Shown here piece after piece: positions 46,210 to 60,304 of a stretch of 64,000 nt of DNA; position 1 is the first letter of the stretch; each line of letters begins with the position of its first letter. Position numbers and translations under genes: made by a program. Source of the stretch: the human T2T-CHM13v2.0 reference genome, Homo sapiens; the NCBI RefSeq assembly GCF_009914755.1, contig NC_060930.1; one strand, written 5' to 3'. The notes beneath the pieces are model-generated. The model worked only from the letters and a program-made list of their open reading frames with translations, was not told the DNA's origin and did not search any database.

Positions 46210-46506
46210 TTTATTTTTGTTTTGAAAGGGGGTCTTGCTCTGTCTCCCGGGTTGGAGTGCAAGTGGTGTGATCTCAGCTCACTGCAACCTCCTCCTCCCT
46301 GTTTCACGTGATTCTCGCGCCTCAGCCTCCCAAGTAGCTGGACCCACAGGCACAGTCCACTATGTCTGGCTAATATTTGTATTTTTGGTAGGGACGGGGT
46401 TTTGTCATGTTGCCAAGGCTGGTCTCAAACTGCTGAGCTCGGGCAATCAGCCTGCTGAGACTTTCGAAAGTGCAGAGATTACAGGCATGAGCCCCTGCGC
46501 CTGGCC
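46210..46506 (-). mobile_element. Diverged AluJb/Sz-like
   Basis: Both arms present; CATGTTGCCAAGGCTGGTCTCAAACTGCTGAGCTC. Confidence 0.9.
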
Positions 46507-46509
46507 TTA

Positions 46510-46768
46510 TCTGGTACAAATGTAATAATACCTTCAACATATATGTACATTTTAAACAACACATAATAATAGAATGACCAGTGAAACTGCCTACCAATGC
46601 AAGAACAAGGATATGATCAAACCCTTTGTATAGTTATGGGTGATCTTCTAGCAATCCCTCTACCTCATTGCTGAGGTAAATGTTAATCTGAATTTTTATA
46701 ATTCCTTTTATGTCTGTGAGTTTCCATGAAAAAACTATATATATACACACATATATATACACATATAT

Positions 46769-46799
<31 letters not shown>

Positions 46800-47850
46800 C
46801 ACATATATATATGTACTTAAGGCATTTAGTTTTGTTTCTTTTGCTTATTTTAAGCTACAAACTGATGTACTATGTATGGTCTCCTTGAACTTAAAGTGCA
46901 TTATTATGTTTCTGAGAATTACCCCATATTTGTCACTTGCAGATGTCATTTTCTTGGTGTATAAATATTCTATAGTATAACTATATGTGTTACAAATTCT
47001 TTCTGTCAGTTTTTGGCTAATATTTTCATCATTGTATGATGCTATTTAATGAATACAGATATGTAGTATTAACACAGTTACATTTATCAGCATTTCTTTT
47101 GTGATTAGTGCAATTTTTGTGTTTTGTCAAAGAAATTTGTACCTAAGGAATTATAATTATTCTTCATTACATTTGTTCTACAAAGTTTTAAGATAATTTT
47201 CTTTTCACATTTTAAGACTTTATCCTTCTCTAGCTGATTCATTTATGTCTGATTATTAGGTTCATAATTGGAATTAATTGTCCTCTTTTACCTAAATAGA
47301 GAACTAGTATTTTGGAGCTCGTTTATTGAACAGTTCTCTCGGTTCATCAAGAAGTCTTAGATACCACTTTAGTTACATATCAAGTACTTACATAAGCTTG
47401 GGTTTATTTCTAGGTTTTCTATGATGTTATCTTACTTTTTTCTATTATTTTGCCAAAAGCACTCTAAAGAAAATAACTCAATAATATGTCTTCACATCAG
47501 ATAGGATATGACCCTTAAATTTTTCCTCTTCAGAAGACATTTGACTACTCTGAGGAATTTCTCTTCTCAAACTGCATATAAAATTAGCTTACTATGTGTC
47601 TGTTTTTCTCTTCTTTTTGTTCTGGTGGACTTGGTTATTCATGGAGATCATTTCCCGTTTAAATTTTAGAATAATTGTGTCAAGTTCTCCAAAATGCATG
47701 TAACTCAAATTGTTTTTATGTAGCATGAATATTAAGAACATTTGGAGAAGATTGAGCTCATAATAATATGTTTTTTATTCCCCAAATGCAAAGAACTTCA
47801 AACACTTTAAATCTCCTAATTTCTAATATATATTCTATTATTGTGAATAT
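46510..47850 (-). mobile_element. Ancient L1ME 3' region containing a (TA)n(CA)n tract at 46737-46812
   Basis: Degenerate L1 3' UTR/ORF2 motifs (TTTATTGAACAGTTC, GGGTTTATTTCTAGG, TTTAGAATAATTGTGTCAAGTTC). Confidence 0.6.
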
Positions 47851-48869
47851 TTTAATTATTACATCTCTAATTAAACAAATTAGATATTATCATTTTATTT
47901 TCCCTTTGCATACATATTTACCATTTTATGTAATCTGACTTCTTGCATCTTAAACCATCCTTCTGAGATAATTTTTCTTCATCCTGGCTACACTCTTCAG
48001 CTTTTTTTGGCAATCCTGCCCCTTCTACTGCTAATGACCACTTCTTCCAGGTCCAGAATATACTTATAGCTTGCTTCTTTTAGGGAGAGGGAGGCTATTC
48101 TTGACTATTTCTCATGTTTCCTTTAATCTCAGAATTGTTCAAAATATTTTTATACGTGATTTATTTTATACCAAAGGACCTCCAACTAATGAACCAAATT
48201 CTCAAGAATACTTTAAATTGTTATTTGATTTTGATGAGCTCTTCCCAAGAAAATATTTTGTCCCTAAGCAGATAGCTTATGTAAGTACTAAGTTTGACAA
48301 ATCAATCATGTTAGATGTCCTGGAAATATTTTTTGGACATGGGGTAGAAGAGAAAAAAATAAATCCCTGCTATAGAAAAAAAATAACAACTATACTAAGA
48401 ACAAAAATTATATTTTTCTGTATATGTACCCATTATATTCAAATAAGATAAAAAAAAAGATGACTCACCTAGGTCAATAACTTCATAGGAGTTAGAGGAA
48501 TTGAAATAATCATTAAAACATCTAGAAATTAGTCTTGGGAGTAAAGTAAGTCTGTTAATATGCTTCTCAAATTTGAGTAGTTTCACTATCAGTAATAAAC
48601 CAATAGAAACATATGAAAAACAAATGTTAAAGTCTTTAAAAAATTATAATATGTGTATTCTAAACAAAAGGAAAAATAATTAGAAATCAAAATTACAATG
48701 AATGTGTTTCTTTACATGTTTATTATTATGTTTATTTATTCTTTGCTCAGATTGACTCTCTTGGAAATACCTCTAGAGGGAAAGAAGTCAAATATCAATT
48801 GGAATTGATCCTGAAATTTAAAAACTCACTAAAATGTCCTATCTTAGGAATCTGCACACTATTCCCCAG

Positions 48870-49347
48870 AACCTGTGAATATATGAGGTTATGTGGCAAA
48901 TTTGAATTAAGGTTGCAGACCTAGATAAGATTACTAATCAGCTGACCTTACGATAGGGATTCATTCTTGCTTATTTGAGGGGCCCAGTATTATCACAAGT
49001 GTCTTTAAAAGTAGAAGAGGAAGGCTGAAGAGTTAAAGGAGATGTGGAACTTGAAGCAAGATCAGAGTGATGCAATTTGAGGAAAAACTTGATCCACACT
49101 TGCTGGCTTTGAAAATGGAGAAAAAGGTAATGAGACAAAGATAAAGCACCCTCTAGAAACGAAGGCAAGAAAATGTACTCTCTCCTAGAGCTTCTAGGAA
49201 GGAATACAATTTTATCCAGCACCTTGATTTTAGTTCAGCAAGACTGGTTCAGATTTCTGACCTCCACACCAGTAACACTATAAAATTGTATTGTTTTAAG
49301 CTGGCAAATGTGTTGTAATTTGTTACACTAGCAATGAACTGAATGCA
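48870..49347 (+). mobile_element. MLT1D-like MaLR LTR
   Basis: CAGAACCTGTGAATAT, TAATCAGCTGACCTT, TCTCCTAGAGCTTCTAG and TAATTTGTTACA..AGCAATG...AATGCA. Confidence 0.85.
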
Positions 49348-49999
49348 GTTTCTGTCAAGGAGATCACTCAACTTACTATTCTATTACTGGTATTCTAGCA
49401 TCAGAAAGCAAAAATTTAGCAAGAAGGTCTAAATTATTAATCTAAATGCTTTTACCACAAAAACTTTATTAAAACACTGGTATGTATTTAATATATTGTT
49501 ATGGCAATACAAATTAAGTATCATCCCTTAAAGTCTACTTAAAAATGTTAAGAAAAAGAGCATAGTATAAATTAAAATATTAAAGAATACATAGTTGTTA
49601 AACTAGAGTCAAAGATGCTTAAAGCAATGAGAGAAGACAGAGTGATAATCTCTAATTTAGAGGAGTAGGATGTATACATGAAGAAATGAGTGTAATAACC
49701 ATACTCTAGGACTAGTATGTGTGGAAGAATACAGCCAGAATTAACATTTATACAATTTAGGCCTAAAGGAGAGACGGACACAGCAAAGGTACTGGCCTAA
49801 TAATCCACGAATCTTTGTCACACATCTCCTCACAGTCTGCACACCTAGGTATGCTCCATCTTTTACATTCTTAATACACAAGAATATTTTGCTTATATGT
49901 ATTTTTATTTTTATTGCTTTCTATCACTCTTCTCAACACTTGCTTTTCTTGGCACGGCTTTTTACCTCTAATCAAGTTAAGTAAAAAACTATCCACCTT

Positions 50000-51287
50000 G
50001 CTCAGCCCAACATCACAGAGCATTTCCCCTATGTTTTCTTCTATTAACTTTGCAATTTCAGGTATTAGGTTTAAGTCTTCAATTTATTTTGAGTTCATTT
50101 TTGTGTATAGCATGACATAAGGGTCTAATTTTGTTCTTCTTCACCTGGATATCCAGTTTTCCCAACACTTTGTATTGATTGGATTATCCTTTCTCTGCTG
50201 TGTGTTTTCGGTACTATTCTTGAAAATAAATGACCACAAATGCATGGGTTTATTTCTGGACTTTCTATCATGTTCCATTGGTCAGTTTGTCTGTTGTTAT
50301 GCCAGAAGCATGTCATTTTGATTATTATATCTTTATGATAGCTTCGAAGCCAGGTAGTATGACTCCTTCTCCTTTGTTTTTTGCTTAAGATTGCTTAGGT
50401 TATTTGAAGATTTTTATATTGCCAAACAAGTTTAAGGATAGTGTTTTCTATTTGCATTAACAATGACATTGGAACTTGGTAGGGATTGCATTAAATCTGT
50501 AGATCAATTTTGCTGTTACAGATGTTGTAATAACGTTAATTCTTCCAATCCATTAGCAAGGATATCTTTCCATCTCTTTGTGTCATCTACAAGATTTCCT
50601 GGATATCACTCCGAAAGCACAGGCAACAAAAGTAAAAATAAACAAATGGTATTGCATCAAACTAAAAAGCTTCTATACTGCAAAGGAAACAGTTAACAGA
50701 GTATAGAGACAACTTATACATTGGGAGAATATACTTCTAAATACTTCTAAATTATACATTTGATAAGGGGCTATTATCTAAGATATATAAAAACTAAACA
50801 GCAGGAAAACAACTGAATTAAAAAGGGGCAAAATATCTAAATAGACACTTCTCAAAAGAAGACATACAAGTGGCCAACAGATATATGAAAAAATACTCAT
50901 CACTAATCATCAGGGAAATGCAAATTAAAACCACAATGAGCTATCACTTCACACTTGTTAGAATGGCTATTTTTGAAAAGATAAATGATAACAAGTGTTG
51001 TCAAGGGTCTAGAAAAAGGGAACAATTGTGCACTATTGGAGGGAATGTCAATTAGTAAAGCCATTAAGGAAAACGGTATAGACATTTCTTAGAATACTAA
51101 AAATAAAATTACCATAGAATCCCACAATCTCACTTCTGTATGTACTTAGAAGTGGAATCAAAATCTATATACTGAAGAGATATTTGCAGTCCTATGTTCA
51201 CGGCCTTAGCATTAGCCATTCATAATAGCTAGACTTAGAAGCATCCTAGGTGGACATCATAAGATTAATGAATATAGAGAATGTTTT

Positions 51288-51323
<36 letters not shown>

Positions 51324-51848
51324 TATATATTTTATATTTTATATATATATATATATAAAAATGCAATACTATTCCGCTTTTAAAAGGGGGAAAATCCTGT
51401 CATTTAAGACAACATGGATCAACCTAGAGGACATCACATTGAGACAAGCCAGGCGCAAAAAACTAATAATGAGTAATCTGACCTGTATGTTATTAAAAGG
51501 TTGAACTTATAGAAGTATAGAATGTGTTTGTCACAGGTTGTCAGGGTGGAGTGAATGGGAGAAAGGGGGATTTTGATTAAATAGTACAAATTTTCAGATA
51601 AACAGAAGAAATAAGGTTTAGTAATCTATGGTACAGAAAGGTGAGTATAATAAATAATAATGCACTGTATATTTCAAAATTGTGAAAAAGTAAATGTTTT
51701 TGACCACAAAAAAAGATAAGTATGTGAGGTGATGGATTTCTTAAGTAACCTGATTTAATTATTCTACATTACAAACGTATATAAAAATATCTTATTGTAC
51801 CCCATAAATATATGTAGTTATTACTAATTAAAAATAAAAAAATAATTT
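50000..51848 (+). mobile_element. L1MA4/5-like element with 5' inversion (minus 50000-50590, plus 50591-51848)
   Basis: ORF2 fragments on both strands; 3' end TACCCCATAAATATATG..AAAATAAAAA. Decayed 15-bp TSD AAAACTATCCACCTT (49985) / AAAACAATTCATCTT (51849). (TA)n at 51287-51356. Confidence 0.88.
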
Positions 51849-52144
51849 AAAACAATTCATCTTTCAAGAGGAAGCTTAGGGGTTACTTTTCATATTTACT
51901 GCTCTCTTTCATATGGCTAGTTTTCCTTTATTTCATAAGGCTCATAATAATTTGCCTATTACTATGCCCATCTCTCCTCACCTATTGTAGGCTCCTCCAT
52001 AGAATTATATATAGCTTACCAGTTTTTTTGTATTGTACCTTCAGATAGAATCAATGTATAGCTCATATTAGTCAAAGGAGAAAGTATGTTTTTTAGGTAT
52101 TCCATAAATCTTAAGATACTATTTTTAAATTTCAGAGGAAGACA

Positions 52145-52210
52145 ATTCTTTTCCAACTTTTATTAGGTTTAAGGGGTACATGTACAGGTTTGTTATATGG
52201 GTAAATTGTG
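52145..52210 (-). mobile_element. Micro L1PA13-16 3' end (~65 bp)
   Basis: CAACTTTTATTAGGTTTAAGGGGTACATGTACAGGTTTGTTATATGGGTAAATTG. TSD TCAGAGGAAGACA / TCAGAGAAAGACA. Confidence 0.8.
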
Positions 52211-53689
52211 TCAGAGAAAGACATGAATTTATTAAAACTATTTTTCTGTCATTTTGATCATGAGAGTCTTTTGTCAGATATCCTTCACAAAAAAATAGAA
52301 CAAGTCTCTGAAATATAGTTAGAATAATATTTCTATCATCCACTGCTGCTTCATTAAGGTAAAAGTTAAATAATCTTATTTTCAGGCTTTAAGACAAATA
52401 ACCTATTGTTTACAATTATTACCTGAAAGTCCCAGATGATTCAGAAACATCCTTTAAATATTTAGTGTGAAAAAGGGGGTGATTATATTTAAAACAAATA
52501 AACTATAAAATGGTTCTTGCAGTTGAATGCTTAATATGATCTTAAGTTTATTTCTTGATGTTTCTTATGTCTGAAAATGTTGGCATGGGTGAATAAAGGA
52601 TTTTTTTTTGAAAAAAGAACATTTCATGTAAATTAGAAAAAGAATAGACAGAAATGTCATTTGGCATATTTGTATCACATTTTAATGGGTACTGAATCTA
52701 TTGGAAATGAGTTTTGAAGGGTGAAAATTATTATAATGTCTTCATTTAAATTCCCTTAAGTGCTACAGGGAAATAAGCAAAAATATGAGACAAAAAAAAA
52801 AAAAATAAAACCTGATCATTTCAAGGAAAAGCAGAAAAATGATGCTGGTTCAAAAGCATGGGCTGTCCTGGGACAGGCACATGCCAAAGACAGCAAGGAA
52901 AAAAAAAGCCAATCCCATTATGTTTAAAAATTTTTGTTTTTCTTTCTCTTCAAAGAATGACTTTAAAACAAGCCATATATTAATGAATAATATTTTGTGA
53001 GCCTTTCCACTTTTCTTGTTGTATCTCTTTTGCAGTTAACATTTTCCCTGTCATAATGTTTCCAAGGAACAAAGAAAAAGAAATTATATGCTTGGGGAAA
53101 TGTTAAATATAAAAGCAACATAAATTTTCTCTCCCTAAGCAATATAAATTTCTCAAGAAAATTTAGATTTTCTATAGAACAAAGTAGTTAAAATGAGAAG
53201 AGTCTCTGCTTTCCATGTTTATCTCTTTTTTTAATTTTTAAAAATAAAGGGCAAGTTATTATGGCTATTATAAAAATTATTTAAGAAATTATGTTGGATG
53301 CTCATTGTGTGCAGAAGCTGGCTTTTAGATTAAATTCAGATTCTTCATGTTGGTTAACAACAGATCTGAGGATAAACTAAAATTAAATGCATTTGAATTC
53401 TAACCACTTTCTTCATTATCAACCAAAAGATATCAAGTATACTTTCATATTAAATTGAGGATGGTAGGAAAATAAAATTTATGTGACTTTTTCTATCATG
53501 ATCAATAGAAAAATTAAACAGAAATAAAGAAAGTTTGTATGGCTCCTAATATGGAACAGCAAGGATTTGACACTTTGATATATTTTAAGATTAGATGTGA
53601 CTTGGGGTTGCCCTCCTTTTAGGAGAGGCTAAATATATTCTATTTGTATGACAAAGAGCTAAATGGAGCTTTGATTATCAGAAAAAGAT

Positions 53690-54036
53690 TAAATATCTCT
53701 TCACCAATTGTTTTACCTTCTTCCTGAAAATAAAAGCCCTCATTTGTCACCCTCCTCTTCAGTTAGATATCACCATGTGGTTGAGTTGCAGCCGACAGAA
53801 TGTGAGAAGAACAGACAGTGTCACTTGCAGGCTCCTTCCATTATTTCGTGCAAAATAAATTTAGGCAGCTTGAATATTGAAAGTATCAATGTCACAAGCT
53901 AGAAGAAGCCTTAATTCTGAAAACGCAGGTGGAAAAGAACTACTTCCTGATGTAAATTCTGATATGAATTGTGCTAGCCCTCTGAGATATAGGTTTTTAT
54001 CTTTAGCAACAACATATAATTACTACAACTAATACT
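53690..54036 (+). mobile_element. MLT1J/K-like LTR
   Basis: CCATGTGGTTGAGTTGCAGCC..CAGAATGTGAG; ends AGCCCTCTGAGAT...CTAATAC. Confidence 0.6.
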
Positions 54037-56097
54037 ATAGGGATATGCTATAAAAGATCACACAGTTTGAGTAAGTGCTTTATCATAAGGAGGTTTCCAG
54101 ATAGGGATAAAAAGTTGAGTAAAATTATTGAGTTATACAATAAATATACATTTAAATTAAAGTTGATGTATATTTTGACACTACCCTGAGTAATTAAAAC
54201 TTAGGATAATCATCTGTAAGTTGCTGCTAGTAATAGGTCCTTTGGGGAATGTTTTGCGGGTGATGAATTATTTGTAAGTTTACATGGATACTTAAATGCC
54301 AGTAGGGTGATAATGATAATATGCTGATTCCAAATGTAATAAGATAGAGTTAGTATTTATAAATAACTCTCAGTTTAATGTATTTATTTCTCTAATGTGT
54401 TCTACAGATCCGAAACATACTAAATTGCAAGAAGATGTTTATTGTGTGGTTATAAATTGTGGACTAACAAATAAAATAACAATTATTAACAGGTTTTTTG
54501 TACCTGCTATATATTCTTGTTTTCCTTATGTTTTAGTTTCATGCTTTTGTCTCTTGAATTATTTTATATTTTTCCTTCTCTTGTTCTCAAAGCAATCCAT
54601 TGTAGAACCATCTCTTGACATTGTAACAGTGTGGTTTAATATCTGAAAGAATCATCAAGGGAAACTCCTCATAACTGAGGCCACAGTTTGAACAACTCAC
54701 ATTTTTAAAACTACATTGGAAAGTTATCACTCATGTCTGGTTATGGAACTCAGCATCTGCAAGGATGCAAGTTGCATATTTGAAAACTTGACTCAATGTA
54801 TGTCTATTAAAGATTTTGAACTAAAATAAAGGTTTTTTTCTTCTATCTGTGTTATAGGGAAATAAACTGTTGGTGAGTAAATAATTAATTGAAATAAATG
54901 ATTATAAATCATTTAGCTTATAAATGACAGAGTCAAATAAAATTTCAACTCGACAGGAAATGAAGACTTCACTGCTACTTATGGTATATAAAATACATTC
55001 ATGCTTACTTTAAGACATTAATATTTTTTCTCCCTTAAGAGAAAGTGTGCATTGAAAACTCATAGCAAAATAGTCACTATGTTTACTTTTCACCATATTA
55101 GAAAATGAGAGACCATGTTTTAGTTTTTATGTGATAGAACTGGTTACACTATATGGAAGAAGCCATCTTTGGAAACAGGTTCTTCAGATTTGGCAAAAAT
55201 GCTAGTTCAAAGATGACAGAGATTAAGGGAAGAGATTTCCGTGTAATTCAGGTTTACCCACAGCTTGGAATTTTGTTGCTTTCAGCTGGCACCTGCACAC
55301 TCAGAGATGAATCTTTCAGGGAGACTTATCAGGAAATAAATGAAAAGCATTTAATCTCTGGAAATCGTCCAGTTCAGATGGGGACAACAGCAACCTGGGG
55401 TTGTTTGGAGGAAAGGAAACTATATTGTGAAATAAGAACCCTCCTAAAGGTGTTTTATTCCTGCTTCAAATAATTTTGCCCCTTGTGGTTTTCCTAATTT
55501 CCACCTCAAATGTCTTTCTGGCTTTTGTATAAAATTTTGAAAAACAAACAAAAAATGCTTTCTGCAGACTCGTGTTATTTTCAAACATTGGAAAGGCAGC
55601 ATGATTATTTGATAATATGCTATGACCTACCAAACTGCCTTGTGGCAATTTCTTCTGATTCTGCCATCCGCTTTCTCTGAGTAAATTTTTTGTCCACTCA
55701 GCACAGCTAAACAATTCAAAACTTTATTAAGTAATTCAATGTAGCAGTTAGTATTTTTGCATTCCTTTTATTTGGAAGTCAATGTATTGTAATTACATAA
55801 AAGTGTAACATTACTTGTCTGTACAAAATCAGAATTAATACTTCTTACTTTGAATCATCTCTCTTTCTTTCCTGATTCTCACCCCCTGAATAATGGAAAT
55901 AAACCAACAATTTTTTAATTTCTGATTTGATTTATAGTACTTAATATTTTTCTTAATGTTTGTCCACAAGAAATGTTATTTTTCTCTTTATTTTTAGCTT
56001 TAAAAAAACTATGAAAACTCTGAGTAAATTCTATCTTGACTAATACAATCTTGAAATTGTATTTGCTTTTTGCTTTGATGAGACACTGTGTAGGAGA

Positions 56098-56098
<1 letters not shown>

Positions 56099-56130
<32 letters not shown>
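56099..56130. repeat. (TG)16 microsatellite
   Basis: Perfect TG run. Confidence 0.97.
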
Positions 56131-56132
<2 letters not shown>

Positions 56133-56204
56133 GAGGGAGAGGGAATATTGTAGTTATTGCATGGATTAGTTTGTGATTATATCCCATTACTAGGACATAA
56201 TACT

Positions 56205-56370
56205 ATAATAGTTATGCAAATGTTACTTAAACTTTACATAGCTCTCTTTCTTTATCTAAAAAACAGAGAACGTAATACCACTTAACTTCCAAAAGTCATT
56301 GTCAAGATTTATAATGTTAGTACATTTGAGATCTGGGATAATCAACAAACATTAGTTGTTATTATTATTG
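56205..56370 (+). mobile_element. MIR
   Basis: TTACTTAAACT...TTTCTTTATCTAAAAAACAGAGA..TAATAC...TTAGTTGTTATTATT. Confidence 0.6.
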
Positions 56371-58125
56371 TATCATTTTATTGGTGCTGGTCTTAGCCTA
56401 CATAGAGTAAAAATTTAGTAGACAGTCTATATTTATTTGGATTATACATTATGTGTAATATATTTAATGCACATTCCTGAGGAAATCAATTATACACAAT
56501 AGAGAATAATTAATTAAAAATATGTTTAGAATTTCATTACATTTTAATGGCTATTGTATGAATTATATAGTCTTGTAAAATCTTCAGATATTCTCTTTTT
56601 ATTAAGTTCTTCAACTAATATTTAAAATATTAGGTCTAAGATTTTATCAATTAACGATATGGATAGTTAAATTTCTAAAAAGAAAAATTGCATAAAAAGA
56701 CACAGTGAGATATTCTATGGTGGGACCATCTTTTTTGTATATTGAAACACAGGATTTTTATCAGATCTCACTGATGTGCCCTGGAATTATGAGTCTTTGG
56801 TGTATGAGTTCCTCTAATACTAATATTGCTTCACATTTGCCCAATGTTTCTGTTTTCTATTTTCCTGGGTATTCTCTTGTTTCCTATGTGACTTCTCTAT
56901 TTGTTTCTGCACACTTCTCCATAAAACACCCTTGTGTATTTATAATTTATATGTTCTAACGCCAACTTTGGCAAAGAAAGTTAAAATTCTGCTAATTATT
57001 AATAGAAGATAATATTTTGCCAAAGATCAAATAGACCAATAAGGAAAACATATGAGGCTACTTTTATAATTTGTTGAATCCTCTAAGAATGTATTTTATA
57101 CTTGATTTAGGACTAAGAAAAGCCAATATTTTTACAAAGTGTAAGGGTAAAAGTTCACGTCATGTGCATTCAAAATGATCAGTTGGATATGCAAAATATG
57201 GAAGGTTGGCATAAACTCCAGGGAGCACAGTTTTTTTTTTTTTAAACAAGAAATCCTATTCACTTTTGGGGTAAGAACTCACTCAAATTAATTGCACTTA
57301 GTCTTCTAGTTTAACAATTTGAGTAAGCTTGCATTAACATTCCATTTTCACAATCTGCTGAGGCCATTACTTTTATATGTTGACAGTCTTACTTAACCTT
57401 GCATAACAGACATAAAAGGAGTGCCATCATTTTTACCGGCTATCATTTCATTAAAAATTGCATCTCTTTCTTTCATATATTTTTAAATGAGTTCACTCAA
57501 GCATCCACGGTTGTTAAAAATTCATATGAGAAATTAAAATATCTGATTGCTAAAAAGAGCACTAGTCATTCAATACCTGTGTAATCATATCTAAAATTAG
57601 TAGAATAGATTACTATAGACTAATTTGGCCAGATTAGGCTTTTTATTAAAATTTATGTCAGCTTCTAGTAAAGCCTTTATAGAATAAACAAGATAACTTT
57701 TCCCCTATATGATGTCATAATTTCTCTAATATTAGAAGATATTACTAATAAAAGAAAAATTACTCAACTAAAAACTTGTTTCAAATGTCCAAGTAATTAA
57801 AATGTGCTGTTTTGATAACAAATGGAATGAGAAGTTACACAGGAGTTTATGATATAGAGAGTGAGAGTAAGAGTTAAGCAAGTAAAATCAAAGACATAAA
57901 CAACAAAAAAAGTTGGTAAAATATTTTAATTGATAATGCTGAAAACACAAGCAGAGACATGGAGAATAAGTGTGAGAAAAAAGCAGTATAGACTATTCCC
58001 AAATGACAAAACTAGTTTTACCTCTTTTTCTGTCTTTGAACAAATATTATTGAGTTGCTCAGGTATTTGTTGTTCAACTGCCTAAGAAACTATTAAATTA
58101 GACTGCTGTTTTAAAGCCCCTTTTA

Positions 58126-58421
58126 CGTTGGGCACAGTAGCTCACGCCTGTAATCCCAGCACTTTGGGAGGTCAAGGCGAGTGAATCACTTGAGGTCAGG
58201 AGTTTGAGACTAGCCTGGCCAACATAGTGAAACCCCATCTCTATTAAAAATACAAAAATTAGCAGAGTGTGGTGGCACACGCCAATAATTCCAGCTACTC
58301 AGGAGGCTGAGGCACAAGAATCACTTGAACCTGGAAGGCAGAGGTTGCAATTAGTCTAGATCGTGTTATTGCCCTGCAGCCTGGGAGACAGTAAGACTCT
58401 GTCAAAAAAAAAAAAAAAAAA
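58126..58421 (+). mobile_element. AluSz-like, full length
   Basis: ATCACTTGAGGTCAGG; A-tail. TSD AAAGCCCCTTTTA / AAAGTCCCTTTAA at a TT|AAAG site. Confidence 0.95.
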
Positions 58422-60108
58422 AAAGTCCCTTTAAGGTTGAAATTGTATGAACACTATATTTTTGTCATATTATATTATTACATAATATTTATATATTTTC
58501 TAAGATTTAAGATGTAGAATTACCTGGTCAAGCATGTATTATTTAGAAGCATATATATATATATTAAACAAATATTTTTGAATGAATAGATGAATCACTA
58601 TATTCATTCCCCTTAAGTTGCAGGTATTATTTTCTTCATAATAACAGTGAAGATCAATTTTGTCTCTTTTCTACCCCAGTGCCAATGTTCCTTTGCCCAT
58701 CACCTGTAAATATTCATTAGCATTACCTAGATTTGCATGCGGAGCTGCTGATCAAAATAAGGGTTGTAGCACAATGTGCTCAACTCTGACATTTTCTCAG
58801 CAACGACATAGTATTAACCTCCCACACTATATAATAGTTCCACCCAATTTCCCAGAATGAGTTCTTAATTTAATTGGTCATTTGAAGTGCATCTATGTAT
58901 AAAGAGAGTATTGCCTGATTTGAAAGGAGGAAACTGCTTATCGACTGAAATCTCTAATGTCAAACAGAAATGTAAGAAGAATATTGGTGGAACTAGTGAA
59001 AGTTAAGAAGAAAATGTTACCTAAAATAAAAAGTTTTTTGAAATGTATCAGTACAACCAAATGTATAGAATTTAATAATACATTCTTAGTGAAGATACTT
59101 AAAGATTGAGGACCAACATATTTAATTAAATATGTAATAGGCTAGTTATTTAGAAAAACCCCTCAGGAACAAAATTGGAAACAACTAGAATACTTATTAA
59201 GAGAGTGATTAGAACCTCTTCTAAAGAAAATAAATATCCTAAAGTGCTATAATGCAATTATATCATCCATGTTCTTAGAAGAAAGCAAATTTATACAAAA
59301 ATACAAAAATCCAGATTGATTTCAACAATTAACAGCGTTAGTATTTATTTTATACAGTGTATCAAGAAATAGATGAAATTCTCTCTGGCTTTAGAACTAA
59401 TTTATAGGTTGAGGTCCTTCATAGCAGAGGAAAAAGCCTTTTTTTTCCCCTCAAGACTTAGAAACTGATGTTAAACCTGGCTTTTATTATTTATAATCCT
59501 CATTAATTCTTGTATTCTGATATCACATACATATATTTTAATTTTTTATACTGAAGATTGCATCTTAATGTAAAGTGAGTTGTTTCTGAACTTATGTTTG
59601 TTAAATTATGATATTAGTAATATTAAATTACATTAAAATATATGTGCACACCTACATACACATACATATATATTTGTTTACATATGTATATATAAACAAA
59701 TGGTGAGTCCATAAGTCCACTTGATTATGGATACTTGTTTATCTATAGTTTGAAATTAAACATAAAGTTCTCTTTATCTGCTTATTTCTTACTTATCCAG
59801 TACCTAAAAGTCTGCTACAAAACTCAAATACTGCATGTGTCAGAAACATAAAGTATGAATTTTAAAAATAAACTCTATCTGAAATGAAATTTTTTAAAAA
59901 TGAAAATTCTGTAATCCAAAAGTCCCCATTTCCAGGAGCACAACTTTTAAATGGTATAATATAACTGTCATATTTTGAAAATCTAATATAATACTAAAAC
60001 TATTTATTTCATTGCACTGTCTTTTATTAAGAAAAAATAAAGGAAAGCCTTTTACCACAAAAAATAGTTTTGCTGACAATTTTAATCATATTTTCTCTTT
60101 CATTGCAG

Positions 60109-60304
60109 AGTGGCTACAGCCACTCTAGAAATGTTCAGACTTTTCAAAGCTGATTACACAACCCACTTGTCTTTCTCTTCTTCTTTACACATATCTTTTG
60201 CGAATAAACGCATAGTTCCTGCTGATTTGGCAGGTTCCGATGCCTAGAACCGATATGCGATGTTGCAGAGAAAATGGAAGGGGAGCCAGGATCCCATATT
60301 TCAC
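60109..60304 (+). other. Candidate non-coding exon / regulatory block
   Basis: Acceptor TTTTCTCTTTCATTGCAG| and donor CAC|GTAAGA; six CpGs in about 105 bp; stops in all three + frames. Confidence 0.3.

Noticed and set aside
55153-55473. 106-aa ATG ORF and adjacent E-boxes CAGCTG/CACCTG (55283-55295) in unique DNA
   Set aside because: No recognisable homology or splice context, and the hexamer motifs are expected by chance. Conservation data would be needed.
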